From Candidatus Poribacteria bacterium (GTDB taxonomy: Bacteria > Poribacteria > WGA-4E > UBA9662): a DNA stretch of 64,000 nt. Below the pieces are notes generated by a model that worked only from the letters and a program-made list of their open reading frames with translations, was not told where the DNA came from and did no database searches. The stretch lies in contig JAYGDX010000346.1 of NCBI GenBank assembly GCA_046582655.1, forward strand, positions 46,999 to 110,998. Direction: 5' to 3'. Made by a program: the position numbers and the translations under genes. This document shows positions 1 to 11,194 of the stretch, piece after piece. Every line of letters begins with the position of its first letter. Positions within the stretch are counted from its first letter, which is position 1.

Positions 1-73
1 TAAGAACTTTATCCGGGAAGATGAGACTTAATGTATACGGCTAACAATCGATAGACTGCGAACGGGTAAAGAA

Positions 74-802
74 ATGGAATTAATGGGAAAGCAGATCGAA
101 ACTTTCCAGACAGATGGATTTTTAGTCATTCGCAATCTGTTGCTGATGGATCAGGTGGATGAGATTAATGTGGGTTACCAAAAAGCCATTAGTGGCCAAA
201 TTGATGCGCACGATTGGAAAAAACGGATTAACAGTGTGTCAAGCGCTCAACTAGGAGATCCCTCAGCGGTATTGGGCTGGCGGCAATTCCCTTATTTTCA
301 GCAAATTTTATCAATCGCGAAGCAGTTAAATGGTGAGGATATTGAAGTTGCGTATGACCAATTGATCTATAAACCTCCGCATAGTCTAATTGAAGTCTTG
401 TGGCACCAAGACGCGGGTTATGGTCCTTGGCCTGAGGAAGCAGTCAAGCGCGGTCTGACTTGCTGGTTGGCATTGGTTGATGCAACCCCGAAACAGGGAA
501 GCATGCAGTTTATTCCAGGAAGTCATCGACAAGGAATCTATCGTCATTATAACGCGCAAGATCGGAATCCGATTGGCGGTGCTTTAGAAGTAAGATTGGA
601 TGACCAAGAAGCGGTGGCGGTATCCTATCAAGCTGGAGATTGTAGTTTTCACCACGCTTGCACACTACACTATATTGGCCGACTTCGGATATTCAGCAAC
701 GCTGACGGCTCATCAGCGTATCGGTTACCCCGAAAAAACCCGCTTTTAATTTACTGTTTTTTTAGAGGTCAAAATCCGTTCGATCAGGGCGAGGACGATT
801 AA
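74..802 (+). CDS. Phytanoyl-CoA dioxygenase (PhyH) family Fe(II)/2OG enzyme; 3' end probably frameshifted
   Basis: FxxDGFLV start, WHQD (HxD), 'TCWLALVDATPKQGSMQFIPGSH', distal 'TLH'. After TLHYIG the ORF loses family character and runs 57 nt into the convergent gene; another frame reads TSDIQQR*. Confidence 0.8.
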   Translation: MELMGKQIETFQTDGFLVIRNLLLMDQVDEINVGYQKAISGQIDAHDWKKRINSVSSAQLGDPSAVLGWRQFPYFQQILSIAKQLNGEDIEVAYDQLIYKPPHSLIEVLWHQDAGYGPWPEEAVKRGLTCWLALVDATPKQGSMQFIPGSHRQGIYRHYNAQDRNPIGGALEVRLDDQEAVAVSYQAGDCSFHHACTLHYIGRLRIFSNADGSSAYRLPRKNPLLIYCFFRGQNPFDQGEDD

Positions 803-2089
803 GCCCGCTATGATAGCAACAAACAGTTCTACGTTAAAAAGGGCGATGCCTATAATTGCTCCGAGTATCCCACCTAATACCTCAATTGTTCCAAGGTGTT
901 CTCCCGTAGCCTCTAGAATCATCTTTTCCAGTTGATTGGTATCCAACGTCCTAACTTTTTCTTTCACCATGGCAGAAATATCCAGTGCATCTAAGATTTT
1001 TGGTGTTGCTGTGCTAAGAGCAACCTTAAATTCTTCGCTAATTGCTAAGCTCTTTAATTCCTGTTCGGCAAAGTTAAGTAGCGAGTTACATATCCTTTCA
1101 AGTTTATCCCAGCTTGAATCCTCTTCAAGAACCGATTCGATCTTCTCTATTAGCCATGGGATGCCTTTTTCCTCGAAAATTTTATTTAGATCAATCAACG
1201 CTTTTTCAAAGTGCTGACTGACCTTGCTTGCCCCTTCTTCTGAATTGATATATTCAGTAATTTTGTTGATTCCGGTTTCCAGTTGCTGATAAACTTCATT
1301 CTGGAATTCCGCTGATAAAACGATTGTATGGAGCTGCATCTCCACTGCGGCTCTATCAAAATCATTTAGCCAGGTAGCAACTCTGATGGTCGCTTTTTGC
1401 AAGATTCTCTGCTGGTCGATATATGCCTGCATTTGTTGGTAAATCTGATTCGAGATGTGAGGAATGTTGTTTTCAATATGGCTCGAAATTGTTCTTGAAA
1501 TCTGAACCAAGTTGATATTGTTGTTTTCAATGTTATTTTCGATGATCTTGCTTAGAAAGGGTAAGACTGTTTTAAAATTAATATTCCGCTGGAGGAAGTG
1601 CGAAAAGTTTGTTTCAGAAAATCGTATCAATACGTCGTATATTTTTGCCGAATTTGACCTGAATGCCCTTAGTAACCAGGATTTAATAGCTTGTTGCACA
1701 CGGTCTTCCTGTATTTTTTCGGAAAGGTATCTCTTGGCCTGTATTATGAGGCTTTCAACCACTTGGTTTTCTGATATATAATTTGTTAGATCATTCGCCT
1801 CAAAAAAGTTGCTGGCGATCCCTTCCCCTAAACTTTCCGCCAGTATTTCTTTATTCTTTGGAATTACCCCCTGCCTTTTAAAGAACGTTTCTTCTTTTGG
1901 CCTAAAGAGCATTTTTATAGCGATAAAGTTTGTAAAGTATCCCACACAAGCGGAGAGAGAAATCGTATACATAATTTCCAGAGGTCTTTTGTCCGGTAAA
2001 ACAATCGTCTTTAGCACATACAGCAAGACTAAAGCTAATGGAGCGACGAATCTAAAGAAGATCTTGAATGCTTTAGTAAGAGTTTTCAT
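746..2089 (-). CDS. DUF445 (YheB-like) membrane protein
   Basis: 'VGYFTNFIAIKMLFRP', 'QGVIPKNK..LA..LG', C-terminal 'L..IEVLGGILGAIIG'. Confidence 0.85.
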   Translation of the reverse strand: MKTLTKAFKIFFRFVAPLALVLLYVLKTIVLPDKRPLEIMYTISLSACVGYFTNFIAIKMLFRPKEETFFKRQGVIPKNKEILAESLGEGIASNFFEANDLTNYISENQVVESLIIQAKRYLSEKIQEDRVQQAIKSWLLRAFRSNSAKIYDVLIRFSETNFSHFLQRNINFKTVLPFLSKIIENNIENNNINLVQISRTISSHIENNIPHISNQIYQQMQAYIDQQRILQKATIRVATWLNDFDRAAVEMQLHTIVLSAEFQNEVYQQLETGINKITEYINSEEGASKVSQHFEKALIDLNKIFEEKGIPWLIEKIESVLEEDSSWDKLERICNSLLNFAEQELKSLAISEEFKVALSTATPKILDALDISAMVKEKVRTLDTNQLEKMILEATGEHLGTIEVLGGILGAIIGIALFNVELFVAIIAGLIVLALIERILTSKKTVN

Positions 2090-2234
2090 TTCGGACGGTT
2101 CAGACCTTGTTGAGAAAGGCTAGAAAAAAATTTCGGAGTGGTTTCTGGAAAGAAATTAAGAACTTACCAAAAACCCAGTCACCCTAATAGTTAGTATAGC
2201 ATCCAGGGAGTGGTTTCTGTTACCCACAAAGTGG

Positions 2235-2658
2235 ATGATGGTGTTGCCTCTACTCATTATATTAACTCCCACAGAAGATGCTATTCGATTCATCAGATTG
2301 GAACGTTACCCTCAATTCTTCAATGATATGGAGTCCGACTTCATTATTGAGCCTGACATACCTCCTCTATCTCTATCCGAGGATAATTCTAAGCCACAAC
2401 TGGTTGTGCATGATGCCGGTGACTTTGATCGACTTGATGAGCGTTTTCAGATTTCCGCTAGATGTATGGGTGGAACTGCCAGCGTATCATGATTACGGCT
2501 TTGCTGTGTTCAGGCTCAAGGATGGTGAAGTCCCCCTTAAAGTTCATCCCGTGGAGTTTGAGTTTCCACAGCGTCATCTAGGCCAGTTGTGTTTCCCGAC
2601 TGTGTACATTCGCGAGCTGAGTTTGACCGTATGCTGTTGCCGGTCCAGAAATGGGTGA
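2235..2658 (+). pseudogene. Frameshifted fragment of a conserved hypothetical protein
   Basis: Two overlapping frames join into one plausible protein: 'EDAIRFIRLERYPQFFNDME...DFDRLDERF' then 'PLDVWVELPAYHDYGFAVFRLK...VHPVEFEFP...FPTVYI'. Confidence 0.55.
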
Positions 2659-2814
2659 CCTTGATGACTGGCGACCGTCCTTGAAGTGGTTATGGTAGAG
2701 CGGCAGTATTCATCATGGAAATTAAGGATAATCGATGGGATCTTCCGTGTTGGCGTCAAGACCTCCGGGGAATACGGGAGAATTAAGGATACATCAATCA
2801 GTGCCTGTATTCCT

Positions 2815-3044
2815 TCAGTGGTAAGTGGATCTGGATTTGGGCGATCCACTTTTTGCTGTCTTCAGCTGATTAATAAGATGTTCCATTTGTTTTGGAGTGA
2901 GGAGGCTCTTGGCTTTAAACATAGCCTTAATCTCCAGAATTCTTATCTCACTTTGAAGTCTGGCCATGTCCTTAATCAATTCCCCGATAGGTTTTAGGTC
3001 TGAGGCTTTCTGGCTGAGAAATTTCTGTCGTAAATCAGTTTTGC
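2815..3044 (-). pseudogene. 5'-truncated remnant of an LTxxQ (Spy/CpxP/ZraP-like) periplasmic protein
   Basis: Manual translation 'AKTDLRQKFLSQKASDLKPIGELIKDMARLQSEIRILEIKAMFKAKSLLTPKQMEHL..*'. No signal peptide; abuts the VOC gene stop. Confidence 0.55.
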
Positions 3045-3045
3045 C

Positions 3046-3441
3046 TTATAATTCCCAAGTTTCTGGTGTTACCAATTCAAGACTGTTGCCTGATGGATCA
3101 CGAAAGTAGATGGATTTTCCTCCGTTGGCCCAAGTAATCTCTCGTTCAATTGGAACATTACATTCCTGTAGATGCGTTCGCCATCTTTCCAGATCTGTTT
3201 CGGTCATGGAAAATGCCACATGACCTTGGCCTGACATGCCGTGTGATGGTACCTCAGAGCTGTCCTTTTGTGTCTCCGAAGCTTTAAAGAGAAGCAGAAC
3301 TTGATTACCGCAACGGAAAAATAGGTGTCGTTGATCCAGACGCGAGAATGATTTTAACCCCAATACCCTTTGGTAAAAATCATCTGCCTGATCCAGATCT
3401 GTCACATAGAGGCAAGTTTCAAGAATACGGCTGACTTCCAT
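3046..3441 (-). CDS. VOC/glyoxalase family protein
   Basis: 'ILETCLYVTDL..A..FY..VLG', 'GHVAF', 'SIYFRDPSGNSLEL'. Confidence 0.9.
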   Translation of the reverse strand: MEVSRILETCLYVTDLDQADDFYQRVLGLKSFSRLDQRHLFFRCGNQVLLLFKASETQKDSSEVPSHGMSGQGHVAFSMTETDLERWRTHLQECNVPIEREITWANGGKSIYFRDPSGNSLELVTPETWEL

Positions 3442-3486
3442 TTATATCTACTTGGAATTGGTCGAAAGTTTTTCGGCAGTGATCGT

Positions 3487-4893
3487 TTACCACTTTACGC
3501 CGGGAACGGCAGCTGGTGTATCTGTTTCGCTGATTTGACTCAACTGACCTTCCGTTAGAGGGGTGGTCTCCATGACCTCATCCAGATGTGCTTGTAACTC
3601 TGTTGCTACGTTGGGATGATCGTCAATCACATTTGTCAGTTCATCTGGGTCTATCTTGCGGTTGTAGAGTTCTGGCGGACGTCGGTTATCAGCCTCTGCC
3701 CATGGAGCTTGATAGTTCCAATCTGCCGTTCGGACACTGGCATACCAACCAAACCCGGAAACGATGATGTCGCGTAAGTCGATCGGTTGATGTTTGGTGA
3801 CCAGAGGCCAGAAGTTCTGGCCGTTACATCGTTCGGGAACGGTTTGCTCGACTAGGCCAAGTAAAGTTGGCATGATATCTTGATGTTGGACAAATCCGTC
3901 AACGACTGTCCCGGCATGTTGTGTCTCCGGCATCCGTATAACCAATGGACATCGTGTTACTTGTATTCTTAGTCGGTCTTGTCCTTTGTGGATTTGTCCT
4001 TGTTCTCCCATAATACAGCCGTGATCGGACATGAACACCACTATAGTGCTGTCCAAAAGATGTTGCGATTGCAGTGTGTCAACTACGTGCCCAACCCACC
4101 TGTCAACGTGCGAGCACTCACCAGCATAGTGGGCTTTAATCCGCTTAAACTCATCCTTGGTGTAATTGTCTACTAATCCGCCGGGCCAGATCGGTTCTAT
4201 TCCCTGATAATCGGTTGGCGAGTACAATTCTAAAAACTCCTTCGGAGCGTCCCATGGTTCGTGCGGATCAAAACTCTCTACCCAGAGCATCCACGGTTTG
4301 TTGCTACCATATTTCATAATCCAGTTTGCTGCGGACTGCATCACTTGTCCCGCAAAGTGATCCGATTCGTCCTTCCACCAGGATCGGTTATTCAGGTACT
4401 GTGACATCAAGCGGTGTCTTCCCGGATTGACGTCAACTTTTGATCCAATATATTGGGAAACGTTCTGATCTGGCTTTGAAGTTGGGATGAACGGATCTGC
4501 TTCCTGACCACGAATCCATTCCCATGAATGGAACCCGCGATGGAAGTTTTTTCCCGGTTTCATCATGTGGTACAGGTCGCTGACCAGACCGGTAGTGTAG
4601 CCCAGACCCGATAGGTGTTCAGCCAAAGTTACGTCCTCATCGTACATTGGGTGCCAACCAGGAAGTTGGACCATATCCCCTTTTTGCTGGCGATAGCTAA
4701 ATGGAAAGGCTTGTCGTCCGGTATAAAGTACCCGTCGGGCGGGAATTGTCGGCAAGGCTTCGCCGTAAAAATCGTCAAAGCGAATACCTTCCGCAGCTAA
4801 CTTATCGATGTGTGGGGTTTGAATCCAACTGTTACCATAACAACCGAGGTAGTCTGCCCGAAAAGTGTCTGCGCATATAACTAGAATATTCAT
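3487..4893 (-). CDS. Sulfatase-like hydrolase (alkaline phosphatase superfamily) with T-x-P-x-R signature
   Basis: 'NILVICADTFRAD..GCYG....TPHID', 'PTIPARR', 'DPHEPW', 'SDHG'. Confidence 0.88.
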   Translation of the reverse strand: MNILVICADTFRADYLGCYGNSWIQTPHIDKLAAEGIRFDDFYGEALPTIPARRVLYTGRQAFPFSYRQQKGDMVQLPGWHPMYDEDVTLAEHLSGLGYTTGLVSDLYHMMKPGKNFHRGFHSWEWIRGQEADPFIPTSKPDQNVSQYIGSKVDVNPGRHRLMSQYLNNRSWWKDESDHFAGQVMQSAANWIMKYGSNKPWMLWVESFDPHEPWDAPKEFLELYSPTDYQGIEPIWPGGLVDNYTKDEFKRIKAHYAGECSHVDRWVGHVVDTLQSQHLLDSTIVVFMSDHGCIMGEQGQIHKGQDRLRIQVTRCPLVIRMPETQHAGTVVDGFVQHQDIMPTLLGLVEQTVPERCNGQNFWPLVTKHQPIDLRDIIVSGFGWYASVRTADWNYQAPWAEADNRRPPELYNRKIDPDELTNVIDDHPNVATELQAHLDEVMETTPLTEGQLSQISETDTPAAVPGVKW

Positions 4894-5311
4894 TATTGTT
4901 TAACCTTAAAATATTATTTGAATTAGTGTGAAATTCTGAAACGACACCAGTAGAGCTTTATATGGATTCCCTGTTTCCACAGACATTTTTACCGACCGAA
5001 AATTGGCAACTGCTTTCATTCTTATTTAAACGTGGAATTAGCGAACCGTTTTTTTATGCCCTGTAAATTTCAAAGCGTTGTGTAGATTCGAAAGTAGTAT
5101 TATTAACAAATTGGGGTACAATACCATAGACTTCCACTAATTTCGGTTGCCTCCAACCTAGACTAACTACCTGAAAACGTTCAACACTGATCATTTCTAC
5201 AGCCCCGATATCCGTTCGAATACCCTCATTATTCTTACTCTAAGTTTAACCATAATCAATTGTACTGGAGTTTAAAATAAAATGAAATATCTTAGCGTAA
5301 CAATTGATTGT

Positions 5312-5340
5312 TTGAAATTATTTTCACCAAGCTGTATACT
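5312..5340 (+). promoter_or_regulatory. sigma70-type promoter
   Basis: TTGAAA-N17-TATACT upstream of an AAGGAG RBS and the TTG start at 5401. Confidence 0.55.
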
Positions 5341-5400
5341 CCTTAGAGAATCGATAGAGACTTGAAATTACTCTAGATCGTTCAAGTCAAGGAGAATAAA

Positions 5401-6126
5401 TTGAACAATAAAAAGGGGTTGTGGTTTACTTGTGCGTTATTGATTTTGTTTGTTCTCTCCAATGGGTTTGCTCAAGGGACTTATTATCCGGATGAAATTG
5501 GAAACACATGGCGATTTCAAAGTACCAACAAAGTAGATAAAAAGACAATTAAAATCGTCAAACCAGATACTAGTTTTGGTGTTTCAGGTGTAAAAGTTTT
5601 AATTGATCAAACAAACGATAGTGCAACTCGGTTTTTTATCAAATCAACCCCAAAAGGATTTGTTATACATCGTGCTGTGTTTGATGAGATAGCATTGGTT
5701 GGGAAGGTTATATTCAACTACGATCCCCCTCAGATCTTTATCCCGAATCCGCTTAAACTGGAAGTCCAATGGACGGTCAAAAGTAAAGCAAAGGTTAAAG
5801 TTCTATTTTTAGATATGGTAATTGAAGCAATTTACAATCAAAAAGTTGTTGCCATTGAAGATATAATCGTACCGGCGGGTAAATTTCAGAATTGTCTCAA
5901 GATTATGCAGCATACAATATTAGAAGTTGTTGATTCCGAAACAGAGGGCACTTTGTGGTTAGCACCCGGAATTGGCCCGGTTAAAATGATTAGTCAATCT
6001 GTTGGTGGTGAGGATGAGCCAAAGGTCTACCATTTGGTTGAGTATGACGTCAAAATTGAAGAGGATAAAATTATAGTAGGTCGAATTGGTAAGATCACAA
6101 CTTTGTGGGCTAGAATGAAAAAATAA
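5401..6126 (+). CDS. Secreted hypothetical protein (DUF3108/TapB-like beta fold) with C-terminal 'GKITTLWARMKK' motif
   Basis: Signal peptide ending GFA-Q; 'EDIIVPAGKFQNCLKI', 'WLAPGIGPVK'. Confidence 0.75.
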   Translation: MNNKKGLWFTCALLILFVLSNGFAQGTYYPDEIGNTWRFQSTNKVDKKTIKIVKPDTSFGVSGVKVLIDQTNDSATRFFIKSTPKGFVIHRAVFDEIALVGKVIFNYDPPQIFIPNPLKLEVQWTVKSKAKVKVLFLDMVIEAIYNQKVVAIEDIIVPAGKFQNCLKIMQHTILEVVDSETEGTLWLAPGIGPVKMISQSVGGEDEPKVYHLVEYDVKIEEDKIIVGRIGKITTLWARMKK

Positions 6127-6143
6127 TTTATGGGAAGAGAGAG

Positions 6144-6797
6144 ATGAACGCTGTTGATATTAAAGTAGCGGTGGTTACAGGGAAACACGCATTTGATATC
6201 CCAGGATTTCAGCATATGTTTACCCATATGTCTAATATGGATTTTTACTTACAGGATCTTGAGAATTTCGTCGTCGATGCAGGGAAATTTAATGACGATT
6301 ATGATGTTGTCCTTTTTTACAATTTCCATCAACCAACGCCCGTTACTGGTGAACAGAACGGATCTCAAATTCTGAATTCCATAAACAGGTTGGTTGAAAA
6401 CGGACAGGGAATCTTTGTGCTGCATCATGCTATTTTGGCATTTCCCAATTGGGATACGTGGAGTCAAATTGTGGGAATTACCGACCGAAGGTTTGGGTAT
6501 CATGGTAACCAGACTGTTCAGACAGATCTCATTAATGACAGTCATCCGATTACATATAGTCTGAAGTCATGGAGAATGATTGACGAAACTTATACCATGA
6601 ACGAAGTGGGGGATGATAGTCAAGCCCTAATAGCGATTGATCACGTAAATAGTATGCGGACAGTTGGGTGGACGCGACATTATGGAAATGGTCGTGTATT
6701 CTGTTACCAATCTGGACATGATAATCAGGCATTTTCCAATCCAAATTTCCGGACGATTGTGTTTCGAGGAATTCAGTGGCTGGCAAAGTGTATTTAA
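6144..6797 (+). CDS. ThuA-like (class I glutamine amidotransferase fold) protein
   Basis: 'TGKHAFD', 'G.GIFVLHH', 'HPIT', 'DETY', 'WTRHYGNGRVFCYQSGHD'. Confidence 0.85.
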   Translation: MNAVDIKVAVVTGKHAFDIPGFQHMFTHMSNMDFYLQDLENFVVDAGKFNDDYDVVLFYNFHQPTPVTGEQNGSQILNSINRLVENGQGIFVLHHAILAFPNWDTWSQIVGITDRRFGYHGNQTVQTDLINDSHPITYSLKSWRMIDETYTMNEVGDDSQALIAIDHVNSMRTVGWTRHYGNGRVFCYQSGHDNQAFSNPNFRTIVFRGIQWLAKCI

Positions 6798-7066
6798 TTC
6801 ATTCGTTAGCTTTGCATGTATTCAAAAACAAACCAATCGCGCTTAGCTAAGGAGCATCTTCAACTGCTGGATGTCAAAATACAATAAAATAAACAAATTT
6901 CAGTGTTGATTTATTGGAACGATTTAAGTTGGCAGCTGTTTGGGCAAGAGCATACATAGTCCGTCAACTAGAATAAGTTTTTGATAGTGGAAGGTACACG
7001 TGTGGTTTCGTTGGGACAGCGAGGTATAGGGGGATGGGAATGTCAGGAAAATTCGTATAGAATTTG

Positions 7067-7095
7067 TTGACTTTACTAAAATAATATTATACAAT
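7067..7095 (+). promoter_or_regulatory. sigma70-type promoter for rpoBC
   Basis: TTGACT-N17-TACAAT about 70 nt upstream of the rpoB ATG (GAGGTG RBS). Confidence 0.7.
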
Positions 7096-7166
7096 AGCCC
7101 GTTTTGTTAGCATCCAAACTGTTATTTTGAAAAGCTTTCCAAAATCTAGCTTTATGAGGTGGGAAC

Positions 7167-10100
7167 ATGTCGGCGAACAATCAGTTTTGCAAACGCGAAC
7201 GTCTCTCGTTTGCAAAGATTGGAGATATTGAAGAAACGCTTCCGGATCTTGTAGAAATTCAAAGGAAATCTTATGATGGTTTTTTGCAACGAAATGTAGC
7301 CTCTGCAAAAAGAGAGAGTGTTGGCTTACAAGCAATGTTTGAGGACATATTTCCAATTGACGATTTTAATGGGATTACAACTCTGGATTTTATTGAATAT
7401 TCGTTAGGTACCCCTAAATATGATATCGATGAATGTCAATATAGAGGTTTCAGTTATTCCGTTCCGTTAAAGGCCATATTGTCCTTGACACTTAGAGAAG
7501 GTCGGGAAGGTAGTGAAAATGACGCAATAATTGATATTAAAGAGTCAGAGGTTTACATGGGGGACTTACCATTGATGACTGAAAATGGGACATTCGTTAT
7601 TAATGGTGCTGAACGCGTAATTGTTAGCCAATTACATAGATCGCCTGGTTCCAGTTTTGGACAAGTGGCCCATCCAAGTGGGCATAAATTACTCAATGCC
7701 AAGATTATTCCCTACCGTGGTGCATGGATTGAATTTGAATATGATATTAAAGATCTAATTTATGTGCGTTTAGATCGCCGTAAAAAGATGTTTGTCACAA
7801 TTTTACTCCGCGCGATCGGTTGGGAAACAGATGAGGAAATTCTGAAACTCTTTGCTAAGACTGAGGAGGTGTCTACTAAAGACAATATTGAAGGCCGGAT
7901 TATTGCGGGTCCAGTCGTTGATACTAGTACGGGCGAGATACTAGCTGAACCGAACACTGAGATTGATAGTGAACTCCTAGAAGAGTGGCGCGAATTGGGT
8001 GTTAAAATTATTGAAGTGCTGGATGTAGCAGATGCAGCAGATATATCCTTTTTGAGAAACACGCTTGCAAAGGATATTGAGAAGGCAGAAGAGTCTGGGG
8101 GATATAAACAGTTTTCTGACAACCCAAGAATTAAGGAAAAAGCATTAATTGAAATTTTTCGAAAGTTGCGGCCGGGTGACCCGCCAACTCTTGAAAGCGC
8201 CAGAAGCCTGTTTGAAAAGATGTATTTCGATCCTGTCCGTTTTGACTTGGCGGATGTTGGTCGCCATAAACTCAACAATAAGCTGGGCGACATTGATGGC
8301 TATAAGGGTGAATCCGAAGAGGACCCAACTGGTCGTGTTCTGCGTAACGAGGATATTGTTGCCACACTCAAATATATGTTGAAGATACAAAGCAAAGCGA
8401 ACATTGGTGATATTGATTATACCAAGGATGATATCGATCACCTTGGTAATCGTCGTGTCCGGGCTGTTGGTGAGTTAATAATGAATCAGGTTCGCGTTGG
8501 ATTGTTGCGGGTAGCGCGTGCAACTCGTGAGAAAATGACAATTTCTCAGGAACTGGAAGATATGACACCAGTTGATATTATCAATCCCAAACCATTGTCA
8601 GCTGCGATTAAAGATTTCTTTGGATCAAGTCAACTCTCCCAATTCATGCAGCAGATTAATCCTCTTGATGCGTTAACTCATAAACGTCGGTTAAGTGCTT
8701 TAGGACCTGGTGGTTTGCACAGGGAGCGTGCAACCTTTGAAGTTCGTGATGTTCATCGAACGCATTATGGTCGTGTATGTCCGATTGAAACGCCTGAAGG
8801 ACCTTCTGTTGGTTTGATCGTGTCTCTTGGCACCTACGCTCGTGTTAATAAATATGGGTTCTTGGAAACTCCCTATCGTGTAGTTAAAAAAGGTAGAATC
8901 ACAAATCAGACGGATTATCTAACTGCTGATAAGGAGGATCAGTACGTCATCGCACAGGCGAATACAGAAATGGATGATAAAGGGAATTTGATAGGTGAAG
9001 AAAAAGATGATCGGGTAATGGTCCGATTAGGTGAAGAGTTTGTACGGAAACTCCCCCAAGAGGTTGACTATATCGATGTGTCTCCTAAACAGATTGTTGG
9101 GGTTTCAGCTGCATTGATTCCATTCCTCGAACATGATGATGCCAATCGTGCGCTTATGGGAAGCAATATGCAACGTCAGGCAGTTCCACTAATCTTGCCA
9201 AAAGCACCTCTGGTTGGAACTGGTATGGAGTATAAAGCCGCCACGGATTCTGGGGCAGTAGTTTTGGCCAAACAGAATGGTATTGTCGAGCGGGTATCCG
9301 CTTCAGAAATTATTGTTCGGACGGAGTTTTCAGACTTTGTTGATGATGGTGAACAGTCTTTTTCGGAAATGGGTTATGATACCTATAAACTGCAAAATTT
9401 TAAGCGTACCAACAACGCCACCTGCTATCATCAGCGGCCATGTGTCGAGGTTGGGGAAGTCATTAAGCAGGGAGAAACTATTGCTGATGGTGCATCGACT
9501 GAGTTGGGTGAACTAGCCCTCGGGAATAATTTGCTTGTGGCATTTATGCCTTGGGAGGGATATAACTTCGAGGATGCTATTCTTCTGAGTGAGTCTCTTG
9601 TGCAGGATGATATATTGACATCAATTCATATCGATGAGTTTGAGGTTGAAGCACGTGACACCAAAATGGGGAATGAAGAGATTACAAATGATATTCCGAA
9701 TTTGTCTGAGGAAGCATTAAGTCAACTTGATGATGAAGGGATTATTCGAGTTGGTTCAATCGTTGAACCAGGAATTATTCTGGTTGGTAAAGTAACGCCA
9801 AAAGCTGAAAGTGATCTCGGGCCTGAAGAAAAATTGTTGCGGGCAATATTTGGTGAAAAAGTCGGTGAATATCGAGACGCCTCCTCCTATGCAAAACCTG
9901 GTGTGCAGGGAGTCATAATTGATGTTAAAGTTTTCTCCCGAAAAGAAAAGGATAAAGATCGTCAAACCCAACTCCGTGAGGATGCGAAGGTGAAAGAAAT
10001 TGAACAAAAATGCCAGGAGAAATGTGCCTTCATTAGACAACGAAGAGATGAAGAAATTCACAACAAATTGATTGGTCAAATGTTAACTGAACCGATTCAT

Positions 10101-11087
10101 GATGGGATCGGTTTTATAGCACAGACCGGGGATATAATCACTCAGGAACTGCTAGATACTGTTCAGAATAAAAAAATAACGCTCAATTTTATTTTCGTTG
10201 AAGATCAAGATGTAATCTTGCATTGTCAGCAGATTCAAGAACTGGCAAATCTTCGAATAGCTGCACACACTCATGGCAAGGACGATCGAATTCAGAAGTT
10301 ACGTAGAGGTGATGAATTAAAACCAGGCGTAATAAAACTAGTAAAAGTTTATATCGCCAATCGCCGAAAGATATCTGTCGGCGATAAAATGGCGGGACGG
10401 CACGGAAACAAGGGTGTTGTAGCCAAGATTTTGCCGAAAGAGGATATGCCGTATCTTGAGGATGGAACGCCGATTGACGTGGTTCTCAATCCGCTTGGAG
10501 TTCCGTCACGTATGAATGTCGGCCAAGTTTTGGAAACACACCTCGGGTGGGCTGCACATCAACTGGGACTTCATATTGCAACCCCTGTTTTTGACGGAGC
10601 AACAGAGGGGGAAATTGCTGAAAAGCTTGAAGAAGCAGGCTTACCCAGGTCCGGAAAAACAAAGCTGTATGATGGTCGAACTGGAATTTCATTTTATCAG
10701 GATGTAACTGTTGGATACGCTTACATGATGAAACTCAACCACCTTGTTGACGACAAAATTCATGCGCGAAGCACTGGACCATACTCGTTAGTTACCCAGC
10801 AGCCTCTTGGTGGGAAAGCGCAACAAGGAGGGCAGCGTCTGGGAGAAATGGAGGTTTGGGCTCTGGAGGCCTATGGGGCAGCTTATACTTTGCAAGAACT
10901 CTTGACCATTAAGTCGGATGATGTGAATGGTCGAAGCAAAATCTATGAAACTGTTGTCAAAGGTGAAAATGCGCCTCGACCAGGTACACCCGAATCCTTC
11001 AATGTTTTAATCAAAGAATTGCAGAGTTTATGCCTTGATGTTAACTTGGGGAAGAAGGAATCAGAGGATGTGAACGCTTTACGTTAA
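7167..11087 (+). CDS. rpoB: DNA-directed RNA polymerase subunit beta
   Basis: '[19 protein letters not shown]', 'HLGNRRVR', '[12 protein letters not shown]', '[18 protein letters not shown]'. Confidence 0.99.
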   Translation: MSANNQFCKRERLSFAKIGDIEETLPDLVEIQRKSYDGFLQRNVASAKRESVGLQAMFEDIFPIDDFNGITTLDFIEYSLGTPKYDIDECQYRGFSYSVPLKAILSLTLREGREGSENDAIIDIKESEVYMGDLPLMTENGTFVINGAERVIVSQLHRSPGSSFGQVAHPSGHKLLNAKIIPYRGAWIEFEYDIKDLIYVRLDRRKKMFVTILLRAIGWETDEEILKLFAKTEEVSTKDNIEGRIIAGPVVDTSTGEILAEPNTEIDSELLEEWRELGVKIIEVLDVADAADISFLRNTLAKDIEKAEESGGYKQFSDNPRIKEKALIEIFRKLRPGDPPTLESARSLFEKMYFDPVRFDLADVGRHKLNNKLGDIDGYKGESEEDPTGRVLRNEDIVATLKYMLKIQSKANIGDIDYTKDDIDHLGNRRVRAVGELIMNQVRVGLLRVARATREKMTISQELEDMTPVDIINPKPLSAAIKDFFGSSQLSQFMQQINPLDALTHKRRLSALGPGGLHRERATFEVRDVHRTHYGRVCPIETPEGPSVGLIVSLGTYARVNKYGFLETPYRVVKKGRITNQTDYLTADKEDQYVIAQANTEMDDKGNLIGEEKDDRVMVRLGEEFVRKLPQEVDYIDVSPKQIVGVSAALIPFLEHDDANRALMGSNMQRQAVPLILPKAPLVGTGMEYKAATDSGAVVLAKQNGIVERVSASEIIVRTEFSDFVDDGEQSFSEMGYDTYKLQNFKRTNNATCYHQRPCVEVGEVIKQGETIADGASTELGELALGNNLLVAFMPWEGYNFEDAILLSESLVQDDILTSIHIDEFEVEARDTKMGNEEITNDIPNLSEEALSQLDDEGIIRVGSIVEPGIILVGKVTPKAESDLGPEEKLLRAIFGEKVGEYRDASSYAKPGVQGVIIDVKVFSRKEKDKDRQTQLREDAKVKEIEQKCQEKCAFIRQRRDEEIHNKLIGQMLTEPIHDGIGFIAQTGDIITQELLDTVQNKKITLNFIFVEDQDVILHCQQIQELANLRIAAHTHGKDDRIQKLRRGDELKPGVIKLVKVYIANRRKISVGDKMAGRHGNKGVVAKILPKEDMPYLEDGTPIDVVLNPLGVPSRMNVGQVLETHLGWAAHQLGLHIATPVFDGATEGEIAEKLEEAGLPRSGKTKLYDGRTGISFYQDVTVGYAYMMKLNHLVDDKIHARSTGPYSLVTQQPLGGKAQQGGQRLGEMEVWALEAYGAAYTLQELLTIKSDDVNGRSKIYETVVKGENAPRPGTPESFNVLIKELQSLCLDVNLGKKESEDVNALR

Positions 11088-11194
11088 GTTTGTAGATACA
11101 TAGGTGATTTCTAGAGAGCAATGCCTTTACTTAACTAAATTATTTGGTGCACCATTATGTGCTTGTAAATTATATATAATTAGGGGATATTATC

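Noticed and set aside
4894..5300. Possible gene remnant in the AT-rich spacer (minus-strand 'RTDIGAVE')
   Set aside because: Too short and unspecific to assign without a search.
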